Shown here: positions 33,061 to 42,601 of the stretch, in pieces | How the letters are laid out: every line of letters starts with the position of its first letter | Position numbering within the stretch: the stretch's first letter is position 1 | NCBI GenBank assembly: GCA_902769185.1 | Contig: CACXNV010000006.1 | Span: forward strand, 1,062 to 65,061 | Direction: 5' to 3' | Source: an uncultured Erysipelotrichaceae bacterium | Lineage (GTDB): Bacteria; Bacillota_I; Bacilli_A; RFN20; CAG-826 | Length of the DNA: 64,000 nt | The notes under the pieces: generated by a model | What the model saw: only the letters and a program-made list of their open reading frames with translations | The model's database searches: none | What the model was told of the DNA's origin: nothing | Program-made: the position numbers and the translations under genes

Positions 33061-33993
33061 ATGAATAAAAAGTTTGCTATTTTAGCAGATGTCACATGTG
33101 ACATATCAAAAGAATTTAGAAAAGAATATGATATTGAATTAATTCCAGGACACTTTACTACTCCTGACGGTAAAGAGCATTTAGGGGATTGTACTTGGGA
33201 TGAATTTGATCGTGACTATTTTTATAAAGAGCTCAAAAAGAACCCAGCTGGTTTCCAAAGTTCTCCTGCCAGTATTGAAGAATATCGCTTAGTGTTTAAA
33301 AAATACGCTAAAGAAAATGTTGCCATGGTTGCGGTATGTATTTCTGGTGCATTAAGTGGAACTTATTCTTTTATGGAATCCGCTAAAGAATTAGTCTTAA
33401 AAGAATTCCCTAAAGCCGAAATATATATTTGCGATTCTAGAAGATTTGGTCCAGTTGCGGGACTTATGTGCATTTATCTATCTGAATTAAGAAAAGAAGG
33501 TAAATCCGCTAAAGAAGCATTTGACTGGTTAGAAGAAAATAAAAATAGATTCCATCAAACTGGATGGATGGATGATTTATCTTTCGTTGCTAAAAAAGGA
33601 AGAATCACCCACGCGAAAGCCTTCTTTGGTTCTTTAATTGGAGTGAAACCAATTGGAGAATTTGACTATAATGGTATGACCACTGTTATTGGTAAAGGTA
33701 AAGGCGAAGATAAAACTATGGCCCTTTTACTTGAATATATGGCTAGACACATTGAAGAGCCAGAAAAGCAGTTGATCTTCATTGCTACTAGTAATGAACA
33801 TCCTCAAGCAGAAAAATTTAAACAATTAATCATTAACAAGTTCCATCCAAAAGGAGCGTATGTCTGTGATGTTTATTCTAACTGCGGCATCAATGTTGGT
33901 CCTGGTTTAATGGCAGCTTATTATTACGGCAAGCCAATCTCTCAAGGCTTAGTTGAAGAAAGCGAAGTCATGAAAGAATTATTAGCAAAATAA
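33061..33993 (+). CDS. fakB: DegV family fatty-acid-binding protein (fatty acid kinase subunit FakB)
   Basis: DegV-like sequence located directly upstream of the fakA homologue, with the stop adjacent to the next ATG. Confidence 0.8.
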   Translation: MNKKFAILADVTCDISKEFRKEYDIELIPGHFTTPDGKEHLGDCTWDEFDRDYFYKELKKNPAGFQSSPASIEEYRLVFKKYAKENVAMVAVCISGALSGTYSFMESAKELVLKEFPKAEIYICDSRRFGPVAGLMCIYLSELRKEGKSAKEAFDWLEENKNRFHQTGWMDDLSFVAKKGRITHAKAFFGSLIGVKPIGEFDYNGMTTVIGKGKGEDKTMALLLEYMARHIEEPEKQLIFIATSNEHPQAEKFKQLIINKFHPKGAYVCDVYSNCGINVGPGLMAAYYYGKPISQGLVEESEVMKELLAK

Positions 33994-35628
33994 ATGAGAC
34001 AAAGAATAAATGGATATGACTTCCAGTTAATGGTGGAGTCTGCCTTAAATAACATTCGATTAGCTGAACAACGTGTAAATAGCATGAATGTTTTTCCTGT
34101 GGCGGATGGAGATACTGGAACGAATATGCGTTTAACTTTAGAAAACGGATTTAAAAGAGCCCAACAAACTAGACATTTGGGACTATATTTAAAAGATTTA
34201 GCTGCTGGAATGCTTCTTGGCGCCAGAGGAAATTCCGGAGTTATTTTATCTCAGTTATTTAAAGGAATGTCTAACGCCTTAATAAACAAGGGTATTGTTA
34301 ATCCGGGTGAATTAAGAGATTCCTTTATTTTAGGATATAAAACTGCTTATAAAGCAGTAGTTAATCCAGTTGAAGGAACAATTTTAACAGTTGCTAGAGA
34401 AGGAATTGAAGAAGTTAGATATCAAATTAGAGGAAAAATTTCTTTAGAAGATTCTTTAAAACTTTATTTAGAAGCAATGTATCGTTCACTTAGTAAAACA
34501 CCAGAGAAGTTAGATGTTTTAAAAGAGTCTAATGTCCTTGATAGTGGAGCCTATGGCTATATTGTCATTATCGAAGGAATGTATAAATACTTAATTGGAG
34601 AAAAAGTTGAATCTAATACTGAATTACCTGAGATTAAAACTGAAACAGTAACTCCGTTATATTTTGATGAAAATAGTAATTTTGTTGAGGGATACTGCAT
34701 GGAGTTTTTACTCCAACTACTTTCTAGTAGAGTAAATGTTAAAGAATTTAATCTCAATAACTACATTAATCACATTAAAGAATTAGGTACTTCAATTGTT
34801 TGTTTAAAAGAAGGAAGTATTGTTAAGGTTCATATTCACACTCTTAATCCTTCCCCGATTATTGATTTTTCAAAACAATTTGGTGAATTTATTAACTTTA
34901 AGTTAGAAAACATGCAGCTCCAGCATAATGAATATTCAATCGTTAAAAATAAAAGTGATAAACCTGCTAAAAAGTTAGGCATCATTGCTGTTGTTAATGG
35001 AGAAGAATTAGAAAATATCTACCGTGAATTAGGTTGTGACTATGTGATTCCTGCAAGTGGAAACATGAATACCTCTAGTAGTGAATTTTTAAATGCGATA
35101 GATACAGTTAACGCTGAAAAGATTGCTATTTTCCCTAATAACTCCAATACCTTTGGAGCCGCTCATCAGGCAATTGATATTGCTAGAGCCAAAGATAGAA
35201 TATTTATTGTTCCAACTAAAACCATGATTGAGGGGATTGTAGCCTTGCAAATGGATCTACCAGACGATGAGCCAAATAGCAGGATGAATGCTTTTCATGA
35301 AAACATTAAATTAGCGACCACAATCGGAGTGACAAAAGCCACTAAAAATTATGAAAAAGGGGACTTTTGCTGCAAAATTAACGACGAAATCGCCTTAATT
35401 AACGATGAATTAGTTGCGGTTTCAACTGACGTAGTTAGCTGCTTAGAAAAGGCTATTCACTCAATTGATTTAACTGATAAAAGTGGCATGTTAATTTATT
35501 TGTCTAAAGATGTTAGTGATGAATTAGAAGAAAAGCTAAATGCTGTTTTATCTAATATAGAAGGAATTGACTATCAAATTACAAAGGGTGGACAAGATAT
35601 TTACGACGTCCTAGTAGGTATATTTTAA
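33994..35628 (+). CDS. fakA: DAK2-domain protein YloV/FakA (fatty acid kinase catalytic subunit)
   Basis: DhaL-type N-terminus (NVFPVADGDTGTNM), 544 aa, and YloV architecture. Confidence 0.85.
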   Translation: MRQRINGYDFQLMVESALNNIRLAEQRVNSMNVFPVADGDTGTNMRLTLENGFKRAQQTRHLGLYLKDLAAGMLLGARGNSGVILSQLFKGMSNALINKGIVNPGELRDSFILGYKTAYKAVVNPVEGTILTVAREGIEEVRYQIRGKISLEDSLKLYLEAMYRSLSKTPEKLDVLKESNVLDSGAYGYIVIIEGMYKYLIGEKVESNTELPEIKTETVTPLYFDENSNFVEGYCMEFLLQLLSSRVNVKEFNLNNYINHIKELGTSIVCLKEGSIVKVHIHTLNPSPIIDFSKQFGEFINFKLENMQLQHNEYSIVKNKSDKPAKKLGIIAVVNGEELENIYRELGCDYVIPASGNMNTSSSEFLNAIDTVNAEKIAIFPNNSNTFGAAHQAIDIARAKDRIFIVPTKTMIEGIVALQMDLPDDEPNSRMNAFHENIKLATTIGVTKATKNYEKGDFCCKINDEIALINDELVAVSTDVVSCLEKAIHSIDLTDKSGMLIYLSKDVSDELEEKLNAVLSNIEGIDYQITKGGQDIYDVLVGIF

Positions 35629-35629
35629 T

Positions 35630-36568
35630 ATGTGGTGGATTTGGTTAATTGTGGGTTTAGTAGCGGGAAGTATATTTATGTATTTCCTCCTTACTTTTAT
35701 TATCTCTTGTATCATTTACACCAAATTATTTGTTAGAACATCTCCTGAAAAATGGTCGAGAACTGTTTCTTGGCCAGATAAAGAACTTCAGACAATGTTT
35801 GATGAAGGGAAAAAATGGGGAGAGGAAAACGAAAAATATCGTAAACATGTGGAGATTGACTCATGTGGTTTTCATTTAGTAGGCGAATATTTTGATTTTG
35901 GATTTGATAAAGCAGTGATTATTATCCCAGGTAGAAGTGAATCTGGAACTTATTCATATTATTTTTCTGAACCATATAAGAAAAGTGGTTATAACGTTTT
36001 AGCGATTGATAACCGATGCCACGGATTAAGCGAAGGTAAATATAACACCTTAGGTTTAAAAGAATATAAAGATATCGCTAACTGGGCAAATCTATTAGAT
36101 AAAGAATTCGGTATTAAACATGTCCATATCCACGGCATTTGTATTGGTAGTGCGACTGGAATTCATTTATTAGCCCAAAAAGATTATCCAAGTAATTTAA
36201 AAGGTATTACTTGCGAAGGAACATATACGACCTTTAAAGAGTTATTTGATAATCAACTAAAGAAAAGAAATAAACCAACTTTTCCACATACTTTTGAAGT
36301 ATTGTCCTTGGTTTCTCTTAGAGCGGGTAAATCCTTAAAAAGAAATAGCCCTATTAGAGAAATCGATAAAGTTAAAGTTCCAGTTTTATTCTTATATAGT
36401 AAGCAAGATAGCTTTGCTAAACCTGATCAATCAATGAAGTTATTTAATAAAGTAACCGCTCCTAAACATTTAGAGTGGTTCCCAGTGGGAGAACATTCTC
36501 ATATTCGCTTCCATAACACTAAAGAATACGATACAGCAATAGAAAGATTTTTAAAGGAATTTTATTAA
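35630..36568 (+). CDS. Membrane-anchored alpha/beta hydrolase with Cys at the nucleophile elbow
   Basis: N-terminal TM helix. The elbow motif reads H-G-I-C-I-G-S (Cys codon at 36140-36142) instead of GxSxG. The C-terminal region contains D and H residues (KQDSF, GEHSH). Confidence 0.65.
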   Translation: MWWIWLIVGLVAGSIFMYFLLTFIISCIIYTKLFVRTSPEKWSRTVSWPDKELQTMFDEGKKWGEENEKYRKHVEIDSCGFHLVGEYFDFGFDKAVIIIPGRSESGTYSYYFSEPYKKSGYNVLAIDNRCHGLSEGKYNTLGLKEYKDIANWANLLDKEFGIKHVHIHGICIGSATGIHLLAQKDYPSNLKGITCEGTYTTFKELFDNQLKKRNKPTFPHTFEVLSLVSLRAGKSLKRNSPIREIDKVKVPVLFLYSKQDSFAKPDQSMKLFNKVTAPKHLEWFPVGEHSHIRFHNTKEYDTAIERFLKEFY

Positions 36569-37392
36569 TGAATAAATTAGCTTTTTTAACCATGGATGTA
36601 GAAAGTTATTTTGATACGTCATGTTTAAAAAATACTGATATCGATAGAGATCAAAAATATAACTGCGCTGAAGAAGTTTTAACTTACGCTAAATTTCTTT
36701 CTAAAAACGATATTAAAGGTACATTTTTTGTTACTGTTGATTTTATCAAATATTGTAAAGACTATTTATTAGAGGCAATTAGTTTAGGACATGAAATTGC
36801 TTTACACTGTTTAACTCATCAAAGCTATAAAAACTTCTCTAAAGAAGAATTCAAAAAAGAAATAGTGGAATCTAAAAAAATAATTAAAGAAGAATTAGGA
36901 GTGGAGCCAGTTGGTTTTCGCTTCCCTAGATGGGAATATAAAAAAGAATTATTAGATGTCTTAAAAGAGGAAGGTTTTATTTACGATTCAAGTGTTATTA
37001 AACCTAATAAGTCTTTTAAAAAAGAGTTTGGATATATCTATATAAAAAATGGATTATATGAATTCGCTCCTAATATTTGGAAGTTCCCATTTAAAACAGT
37101 CTTACTTTCTGGAGGAGGGTTTTATAGATTTTTAAAAGGTAAATCAATGTCCAGGGTCTTACGAAAGCACATTAAAAAACATGATACATTTATGATTTAT
37201 TTTCATCCTTTTGAAATTCATAAAGGATATTTACCGGTTCCTAAAAGAGGAATATTGCAAGTTCAGAAAAAATATTTAACTAAAAATAGAGATGTATATT
37301 TAGACTCTATTCAAAAGATGATTGAAGTATTAAAGGAGAATGGATATCTCTTTTCTAATATGAAGGAGTATGTCTACTCTAAAGAAAAATAA
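36568..37392 (+). CDS. Polysaccharide deacetylase family (CE4-like)
   Basis: CE4-like motifs TMDVES, HCLTH and RFPRW. Confidence 0.7.
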   Translation: MNKLAFLTMDVESYFDTSCLKNTDIDRDQKYNCAEEVLTYAKFLSKNDIKGTFFVTVDFIKYCKDYLLEAISLGHEIALHCLTHQSYKNFSKEEFKKEIVESKKIIKEELGVEPVGFRFPRWEYKKELLDVLKEEGFIYDSSVIKPNKSFKKEFGYIYIKNGLYEFAPNIWKFPFKTVLLSGGGFYRFLKGKSMSRVLRKHIKKHDTFMIYFHPFEIHKGYLPVPKRGILQVQKKYLTKNRDVYLDSIQKMIEVLKENGYLFSNMKEYVYSKEK

Positions 37393-37445
37393 TCTCACAA
37401 TCTTATTGATATTTTAATCCTATTATATATATAATTTATAGCGCT

Positions 37446-37521
37446 GGGTCCGTAGCTCACCTGGGAGAGCGCCTCCATGGCATGGAGGAGGTAGCGAGTT
37501 CGATCCTCGTCGGATCCACCA
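37446..37521 (+). tRNA. tRNA-Ala (anticodon GGC), CCA encoded
   Basis: Manual cloverleaf: acceptor gggtccg/cggatcc with the G3:U70 alanine identity pair, and anticodon loop atGGCat. Confidence 0.9.
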
Positions 37522-37534
37522 TAAATATGAAATT

Positions 37535-37565
37535 CCCCCGATAATTTATACTTGTCGGGGGTTTT
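37535..37565 (+). terminator. Intrinsic terminator after tRNA-Ala
   Basis: Stem cccccga(37535-37541)/tcggggg(37555-37561) followed by tttt. Confidence 0.75.
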
Positions 37566-37586
37566 AATTGCTATCATTTATCAAAT

Positions 37587-37615
37587 AAAAATCCCTTTTT
37601 AACAAGGGACTTTTT
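37587..37615. terminator. Bidirectional hairpin terminator
   Basis: aaaaa-tccctt-tttaac-aaggga-c-ttttt. The A-run and T-run flanks would let it serve both strands. Confidence 0.6.
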
Positions 37616-37650
37616 GCAAACATTAAGGCTTTTTTGCGGTTATAGATGTG

Positions 37651-37962
37651 TTATTTAGAACTCAATAATTCTGTTTTTATTGCGGTAAGAGAGGTAATTC
37701 TTCTTTCGCAGGCTGCTATTTTATTTTTTCTAACAATTATTTGAGGAAGGAAAATCATTAATCCAAGAAGGAACGCAAATGATAAAATTACACAAAATAC
37801 AATCTTCACCGGAATTACTCTTTTTAATACATGAATATATTGCTTGTTTAATTCAATGTTTTCATCGATTAATTTAATCTTTTTATCTGGATCATTTGTA
37901 TTAGCGATAAGTGTATCTAAAGTATAGATTTCTTGCCGATATTGTTCGTATGTCTTTCCCAT
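37651..37962 (-). CDS. Small membrane protein (103 aa), unknown function
   Basis: SD gagga precedes the internal ATG at 37962. One TM helix lies between helical charged segments. Confidence 0.5.
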   Translation of the reverse strand: MGKTYEQYRQEIYTLDTLIANTNDPDKKIKLIDENIELNKQYIHVLKRVIPVKIVFCVILSFAFLLGLMIFLPQIIVRKNKIAACERRITSLTAIKTELLSSK

Positions 37963-38116
37963 AATTATTCCTCGATTTACTCTTAATATTTTAACATTCT
38001 TTAATTGATTAAACATCTTAAAATTGATTCGCATTCATGCCCCATGATTGCTAGCATTTTTTTAATGTGTGTGCTTGCTTCTTCGTTTTCTTCTTAGTAC
38101 TATTTTATAAGTACGT

Positions 38117-39505
38117 ATGAATTATAATTCACTTTTCTTTATATTGGTGTTTCTTCCAGCTTCACTACTTATTTATTATGGAGTGAGTTATTTAAGTAAG
38201 AAGAATGTTATTGCTAAAAGGATAACTCTGTTAGTTTTAAGTTTATTCTTTTACTGTTACGCTTCAGGATTCATCTATTTTGGGGTTCTAATTGGAGCGT
38301 CATTAATCCATTATTTATTCGCATATTTAGTTTCAAAAAGCGATAAGAATAATTCTAGACTCACATTGATGTGGATAGATATATCTTTATCCGCTTTAAC
38401 ATTATTATTTTTTAAATATATAAATTTAATCGCGAGTTCATCATTTACAATCCTTTTTCCATTAGCATTATCCTTTTATACCTTCCAAAGTATTTCTTAT
38501 ATGGTGAATGTATATAAAGGAGAAATAGACTCTAGAGAAGTAAATATTCTTTCTTATTTCCTTTATTTATTTATATTCATGAAGCTTACCCAAGGTCCAA
38601 TTACTGAATATAATCAAATAAAAGAAGATAATCCAAGTGTTGAGAAGTTTTATCAAGGGATTATTAGATTTGCTTTTGGTTTAGCTAAAAAGATTTTAAT
38701 CGCTGATACATTAGCCTTAGTGGTTTCTTTAACTTTAGGGAATATCTCTACAATTGGTACAGGCTTATCCTGGTTTGGATTATTAGCCTTTACTTTACAG
38801 CTATATTTTGATTTCTCTGGATATAGTGATATGGCTATTGGCATTGGCAAGATGTTTGGTTATGACATTGCCGAAAACTTTAACGCTCCATATTTATCTT
38901 TATCAATTGGTGATTTCTGGAGAAGATGGCATATGTCACTAGGAAACTGGTTTAAACGCTATATCTATATTCCTTTAGGAGGCAATAGAAAAGGAACTCC
39001 TAGAACTTGCTTAAATCTATTTGTAGTTTTCTTTTTAACAGGGATTTGGCATGGATCTACACTTAATTTCTTAATTTGGGGTGTATATTTTGCTTTTTTC
39101 TCAATCTTAGAAAAGCTGTTTTTAGGAGAATTACTTAAAAAGAATAAATTTAAGTTTGTTAACTGGTTATACACGATATTTGTAGTGATGATAGGCTGGG
39201 TATTATTTATTTGCCCTAACTTCTCTGATATGGGTAATTATTTTAGAAACTTATTTGGAATTATTGGTAACGAATCAGATTTAAGCTTTATTGGTATATT
39301 TACCTTCAAAGTATTTTTAGCAGTTTTATTTGGCTTATTCTTCTCTTTAATTTTCCCACTTATCAAACCAAAGATCACTTTCTTATCAAGCGAGAACAAA
39401 GTTATGGAAGTTATTAAGTCTATTAGCGCGTTAGCCTTAGTAGTGGTAGCGGTTATCTTTATTACCTCTAATAACTTCTCACCATCAATTTATGGAGCCT
39501 TTTAG
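38117..39505 (+). CDS. MBOAT family O-acyltransferase (AlgI/DltB/PatA-like)
   Basis: Conserved block FDFSGYSDMAIGIGKMFGY...FWRRWHMSLGNWFKRYIYIPLGGNR containing the catalytic His. Confidence 0.9.
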   Translation: MNYNSLFFILVFLPASLLIYYGVSYLSKKNVIAKRITLLVLSLFFYCYASGFIYFGVLIGASLIHYLFAYLVSKSDKNNSRLTLMWIDISLSALTLLFFKYINLIASSSFTILFPLALSFYTFQSISYMVNVYKGEIDSREVNILSYFLYLFIFMKLTQGPITEYNQIKEDNPSVEKFYQGIIRFAFGLAKKILIADTLALVVSLTLGNISTIGTGLSWFGLLAFTLQLYFDFSGYSDMAIGIGKMFGYDIAENFNAPYLSLSIGDFWRRWHMSLGNWFKRYIYIPLGGNRKGTPRTCLNLFVVFFLTGIWHGSTLNFLIWGVYFAFFSILEKLFLGELLKKNKFKFVNWLYTIFVVMIGWVLFICPNFSDMGNYFRNLFGIIGNESDLSFIGIFTFKVFLAVLFGLFFSLIFPLIKPKITFLSSENKVMEVIKSISALALVVVAVIFITSNNFSPSIYGAF

Positions 39506-39506
39506 T

Positions 39507-40703
39507 ATGTTAGGGAAATATAAGAAAGTTATTGTCTTTGCTTTTGTACCTCTACTAGCTATTTCTCTTCCTATTTCTTTTGCTTTTAAAAGAAGTAGAG
39601 TAGAAAAGTCTGATCCGGTCGTGTTTCCAACTTCTTTTGATAATGATTTCTTCTCTAATTTTGATGAATGGTTTAACGATAACGTGCCATTTAGAGACGC
39701 TTTTATTGAATTTTATAAAAACTCTGAACTCACTATTGAAGATGCTTGGTTTAAGTTTTTACTAATGATCTCTGGAGATAGTGATTTTAATTATCCTAGT
39801 AGTGGCTCTATAGAAGAAATTACTGACCCATTTTTAGATAAAGGACAACCGTATTTCGCTCCTAGATATGATGGCTATGTGATTTATGGTAGAGATGATT
39901 GGTTATTTTATAGTGGAGATGGGGCGCTTGAAAATTATAAGGGTAGCGATATCTATACAGATTATGAAATGAATAAACACATGGAGAAATTTATTGCAGT
40001 AAATGATATCTGTAGCGATAGAAATATTGATGTTACCTTTAATATTTTCCCAAATAAAGAACAAGTCTATGCGGATAAGATGCCGTCTATTAGAGTCACT
40101 AACAGAGCAAAAAAGCTTCAAAGATTAGAACATTATTTCTCTAAAAATAGTAACTTATCATTCTCTTACCCAATCGATGAAATTATCGATTCTAGAAGCT
40201 TAGGCGATGTCTATTTAAAAGAAGACACTCACTGGAATCCACTTGGAGCAATGCAAGGTTATAGTGATATTTTAAAAGGATTAAATAGAAACGCTCCAAC
40301 ATATACATATAAAGAAACCACAGTTCAAGGTGGAGATTTAGCCTCTATGCTTTCTAGTAGTGGCTCTATCTATACTTCTTATAATGTGACATATAAAGAA
40401 GACGTTACTTATATGGTTATCGCAGATGGAGATAGAAGATATATCGAAACTAAATCATCTTTAACCGATGGTAGTCGATGTGTCTTAATCGGCGACTCAT
40501 TTAGAAATGCATTAGTACCTTATGTTGCTAAAGATTATGAGAACCTAACTTGTATTCACTTTGATTATTTAGATAGCGAATACGCTCAAAAGGAAATCGC
40601 TAAATTAAAAGCGGGCGATACTTTAATTGTTTCTTCTGTAGAAAGATTATATCCCGCTTTAGTAAAATCATTAGATTTCTTAAAGTCCCACTTAGAAAAA
40701 TAA
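39507..40703 (+). CDS. DHHW/AlgX-AlgJ-like SGNH protein (extracytoplasmic acyl-transfer partner of MBOAT)
   Basis: N-terminal TM helix and a LKEDTHWN motif. Always-adjacent MBOAT pairing. ATG39492 is an alternative start. Confidence 0.7.
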   Translation: MLGKYKKVIVFAFVPLLAISLPISFAFKRSRVEKSDPVVFPTSFDNDFFSNFDEWFNDNVPFRDAFIEFYKNSELTIEDAWFKFLLMISGDSDFNYPSSGSIEEITDPFLDKGQPYFAPRYDGYVIYGRDDWLFYSGDGALENYKGSDIYTDYEMNKHMEKFIAVNDICSDRNIDVTFNIFPNKEQVYADKMPSIRVTNRAKKLQRLEHYFSKNSNLSFSYPIDEIIDSRSLGDVYLKEDTHWNPLGAMQGYSDILKGLNRNAPTYTYKETTVQGGDLASMLSSSGSIYTSYNVTYKEDVTYMVIADGDRRYIETKSSLTDGSRCVLIGDSFRNALVPYVAKDYENLTCIHFDYLDSEYAQKEIAKLKAGDTLIVSSVERLYPALVKSLDFLKSHLEK

Positions 40704-40707
40704 TTAA

Positions 40708-41766
40708 TTAATGGGTATACACTATTTGTTTGATCTTATTAAAGAAGTCTTTTTCAAATTTATAGAAACTATAACTTTTACCAAACATGAGTAAATGGCC
40801 AAAGGGAATGAAGTAAGTAACTGCTACTACTCCAACTGTATTTACTACACATAGTAGGAATAAGCCAATCGTGTAGCCAGTAGCGAGTCCATTATCAGTT
40901 AAACCCATATTCGACCAATTCTTAATTAACATTAGATGCAAGAAATAAGCTTCTAAAGTAAATCTACCTGCAAAAGCGATAACTCTAGAGAATTTATATT
41001 GCTCAATTAAAGTGGCTAGGCCATATATCGATAAGAAAGCAAATATAGATGCGATATAAAATAAAGGAATATTAGTAGGTAAATCAACAACCACTAAACC
41101 TCTAGAATAATAAATAATCAAAATAGTGACAGTTAATCCAATTGCTAAACTAGCTAAAGACACCCACTTATTGATAAATCTAAATAATTTATCTCCAAAT
41201 AAATAGCCAAATAAGAATATTGGAACATAAGCGATAAAATAGTCATAGCCAATAAAGGTGTTGGAGTGGATTATGTTTTGTTGTCTTAAAATTATAATTA
41301 AGGCATAAGAGATTAAAACCACAAAAAAGACACATAATTTTTTATATTTAGGGAATATAGAGGCAATAAATAAACCAATATCAGAGGCTAGATTAATCCA
41401 TAATAGGACCCACAAAAACCATAAGCCCATCACTGGGAACTCCCAAAATTCTTCAAAAGCTTTAGGAACATCAACCCATTGATTATATAAGGCCACTCTT
41501 AGGATAAGGAAGAAGACAACTGGCCACATATAATTAATTCCTCTTCTTATAATGTCAAAGAAGAATCCGGCAGGCTTAAGAGGTTTTCTAAAAGAAAGAG
41601 ATATCCCACTTAAAAAGAAGAATATTGGTACTCCTAAAACCACAAAGAAAGAGCCTACAAAAGATTGATTAAAACCTAGTGTCGTTCTTTGTAAGACATG
41701 GATCAAAATGATAAATGTCATTGCAAAACATTTACAGATATCAATGGTTCTATTTCTGTCACTCAT
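40708..41766 (-). CDS. Acyltransferase family 3 (AT3) membrane protein
   Basis: The N-terminus (RNRTIDICKCFAMTFIILIHV) is typical of the AT3 family. About 10 TM helices. Confidence 0.75.
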   Translation of the reverse strand: MSDRNRTIDICKCFAMTFIILIHVLQRTTLGFNQSFVGSFFVVLGVPIFFFLSGISLSFRKPLKPAGFFFDIIRRGINYMWPVVFFLILRVALYNQWVDVPKAFEEFWEFPVMGLWFLWVLLWINLASDIGLFIASIFPKYKKLCVFFVVLISYALIIILRQQNIIHSNTFIGYDYFIAYVPIFLFGYLFGDKLFRFINKWVSLASLAIGLTVTILIIYYSRGLVVVDLPTNIPLFYIASIFAFLSIYGLATLIEQYKFSRVIAFAGRFTLEAYFLHLMLIKNWSNMGLTDNGLATGYTIGLFLLCVVNTVGVVAVTYFIPFGHLLMFGKSYSFYKFEKDFFNKIKQIVYTH

Positions 41767-41899
41767 CTTACATTTATTATATTAATTTAAGAGAAATGTT
41801 AATTGTATTAATAGACCTCATTTTTTCTTTATAGAAATTTATGTTTAATTTATTTAGAAATAATCTTAAAATATCAAATGAAAAAAAGGAGGGAAATTT

Positions 41900-42556
41900 A
41901 TGAGATTTCCACACGCTCATCGTGGTGTTAAATTAATTTTTATCGCCGAAATTGTTGCTCTTGCTTCGGCAGTTGTTGCTTTAATAGCAGCTGTATTTGT
42001 TTCTATTGCTAGTTCAGGGAATACGGCAGTAGCTAATTCTGCTGGCACGATGCTTTTAGTTGCTTCAATTGCATCTATTGTTGTCTTTGTTATTCAGTTA
42101 GTCGGTTTAATCATAGGGGCCAAAGATTCTCATGATTTCCGTATTGGATTAATTGTCACAATTGTTGGTTTAGCTGCTGCTATTACTTCAGCTGTTTTAC
42201 AATCTCTTCCAGCCACTAAGGGTTTAGCTCCAATTGTCTTTGCTATTTTAGATACAGTGGCAACAGTTGCGGACTTAATTGTTATTATTTGCATCTTATT
42301 TGGTATTTCTTCTTTAGCTGCTGCTTTAGGAAATGGAGAAATGGAAGAACAAGGACGTAAATTAGCGTTCTATATCGTGATTATCTATATCGTTTCTCTT
42401 ATTCTTGGTTTAATGCCAGGATTTAACGGTTATGTTAATCCAGGAATTGCTTTACTCTTCTCAATCTTTAGTATTGCCGCTGCGGTGATTGAAATCTTTA
42501 TCTATGTCACTACTATAATTTATTTATATAGAGCGACACATATGCTTGAAGAATAA
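41900..42556 (+). CDS. Polytopic membrane protein, unknown function
   Basis: Strong SD aaggaggg. About 6 Ala/Ile/Val-rich helices. Confidence 0.55.
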   Translation: MRFPHAHRGVKLIFIAEIVALASAVVALIAAVFVSIASSGNTAVANSAGTMLLVASIASIVVFVIQLVGLIIGAKDSHDFRIGLIVTIVGLAAAITSAVLQSLPATKGLAPIVFAILDTVATVADLIVIICILFGISSLAAALGNGEMEEQGRKLAFYIVIIYIVSLILGLMPGFNGYVNPGIALLFSIFSIAAAVIEIFIYVTTIIYLYRATHMLEE

Positions 42557-42576
42557 GATTATTATTTATACTAATT

Positions 42577-42601
42577 AGAGGGATTAATTTCCCTCTTTTT
42601 T
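42577..42601. terminator. Hairpin terminator between convergent genes
   Basis: Stem agaggga(42577-42583)/tccctct(42590-42596) followed by T5. Confidence 0.7.

Noticed and set aside
37395-37577. 60-aa minus-strand ORF
   Set aside because: It is completely antisense to tRNA-Ala(GGC) and its terminator, so it is spurious.
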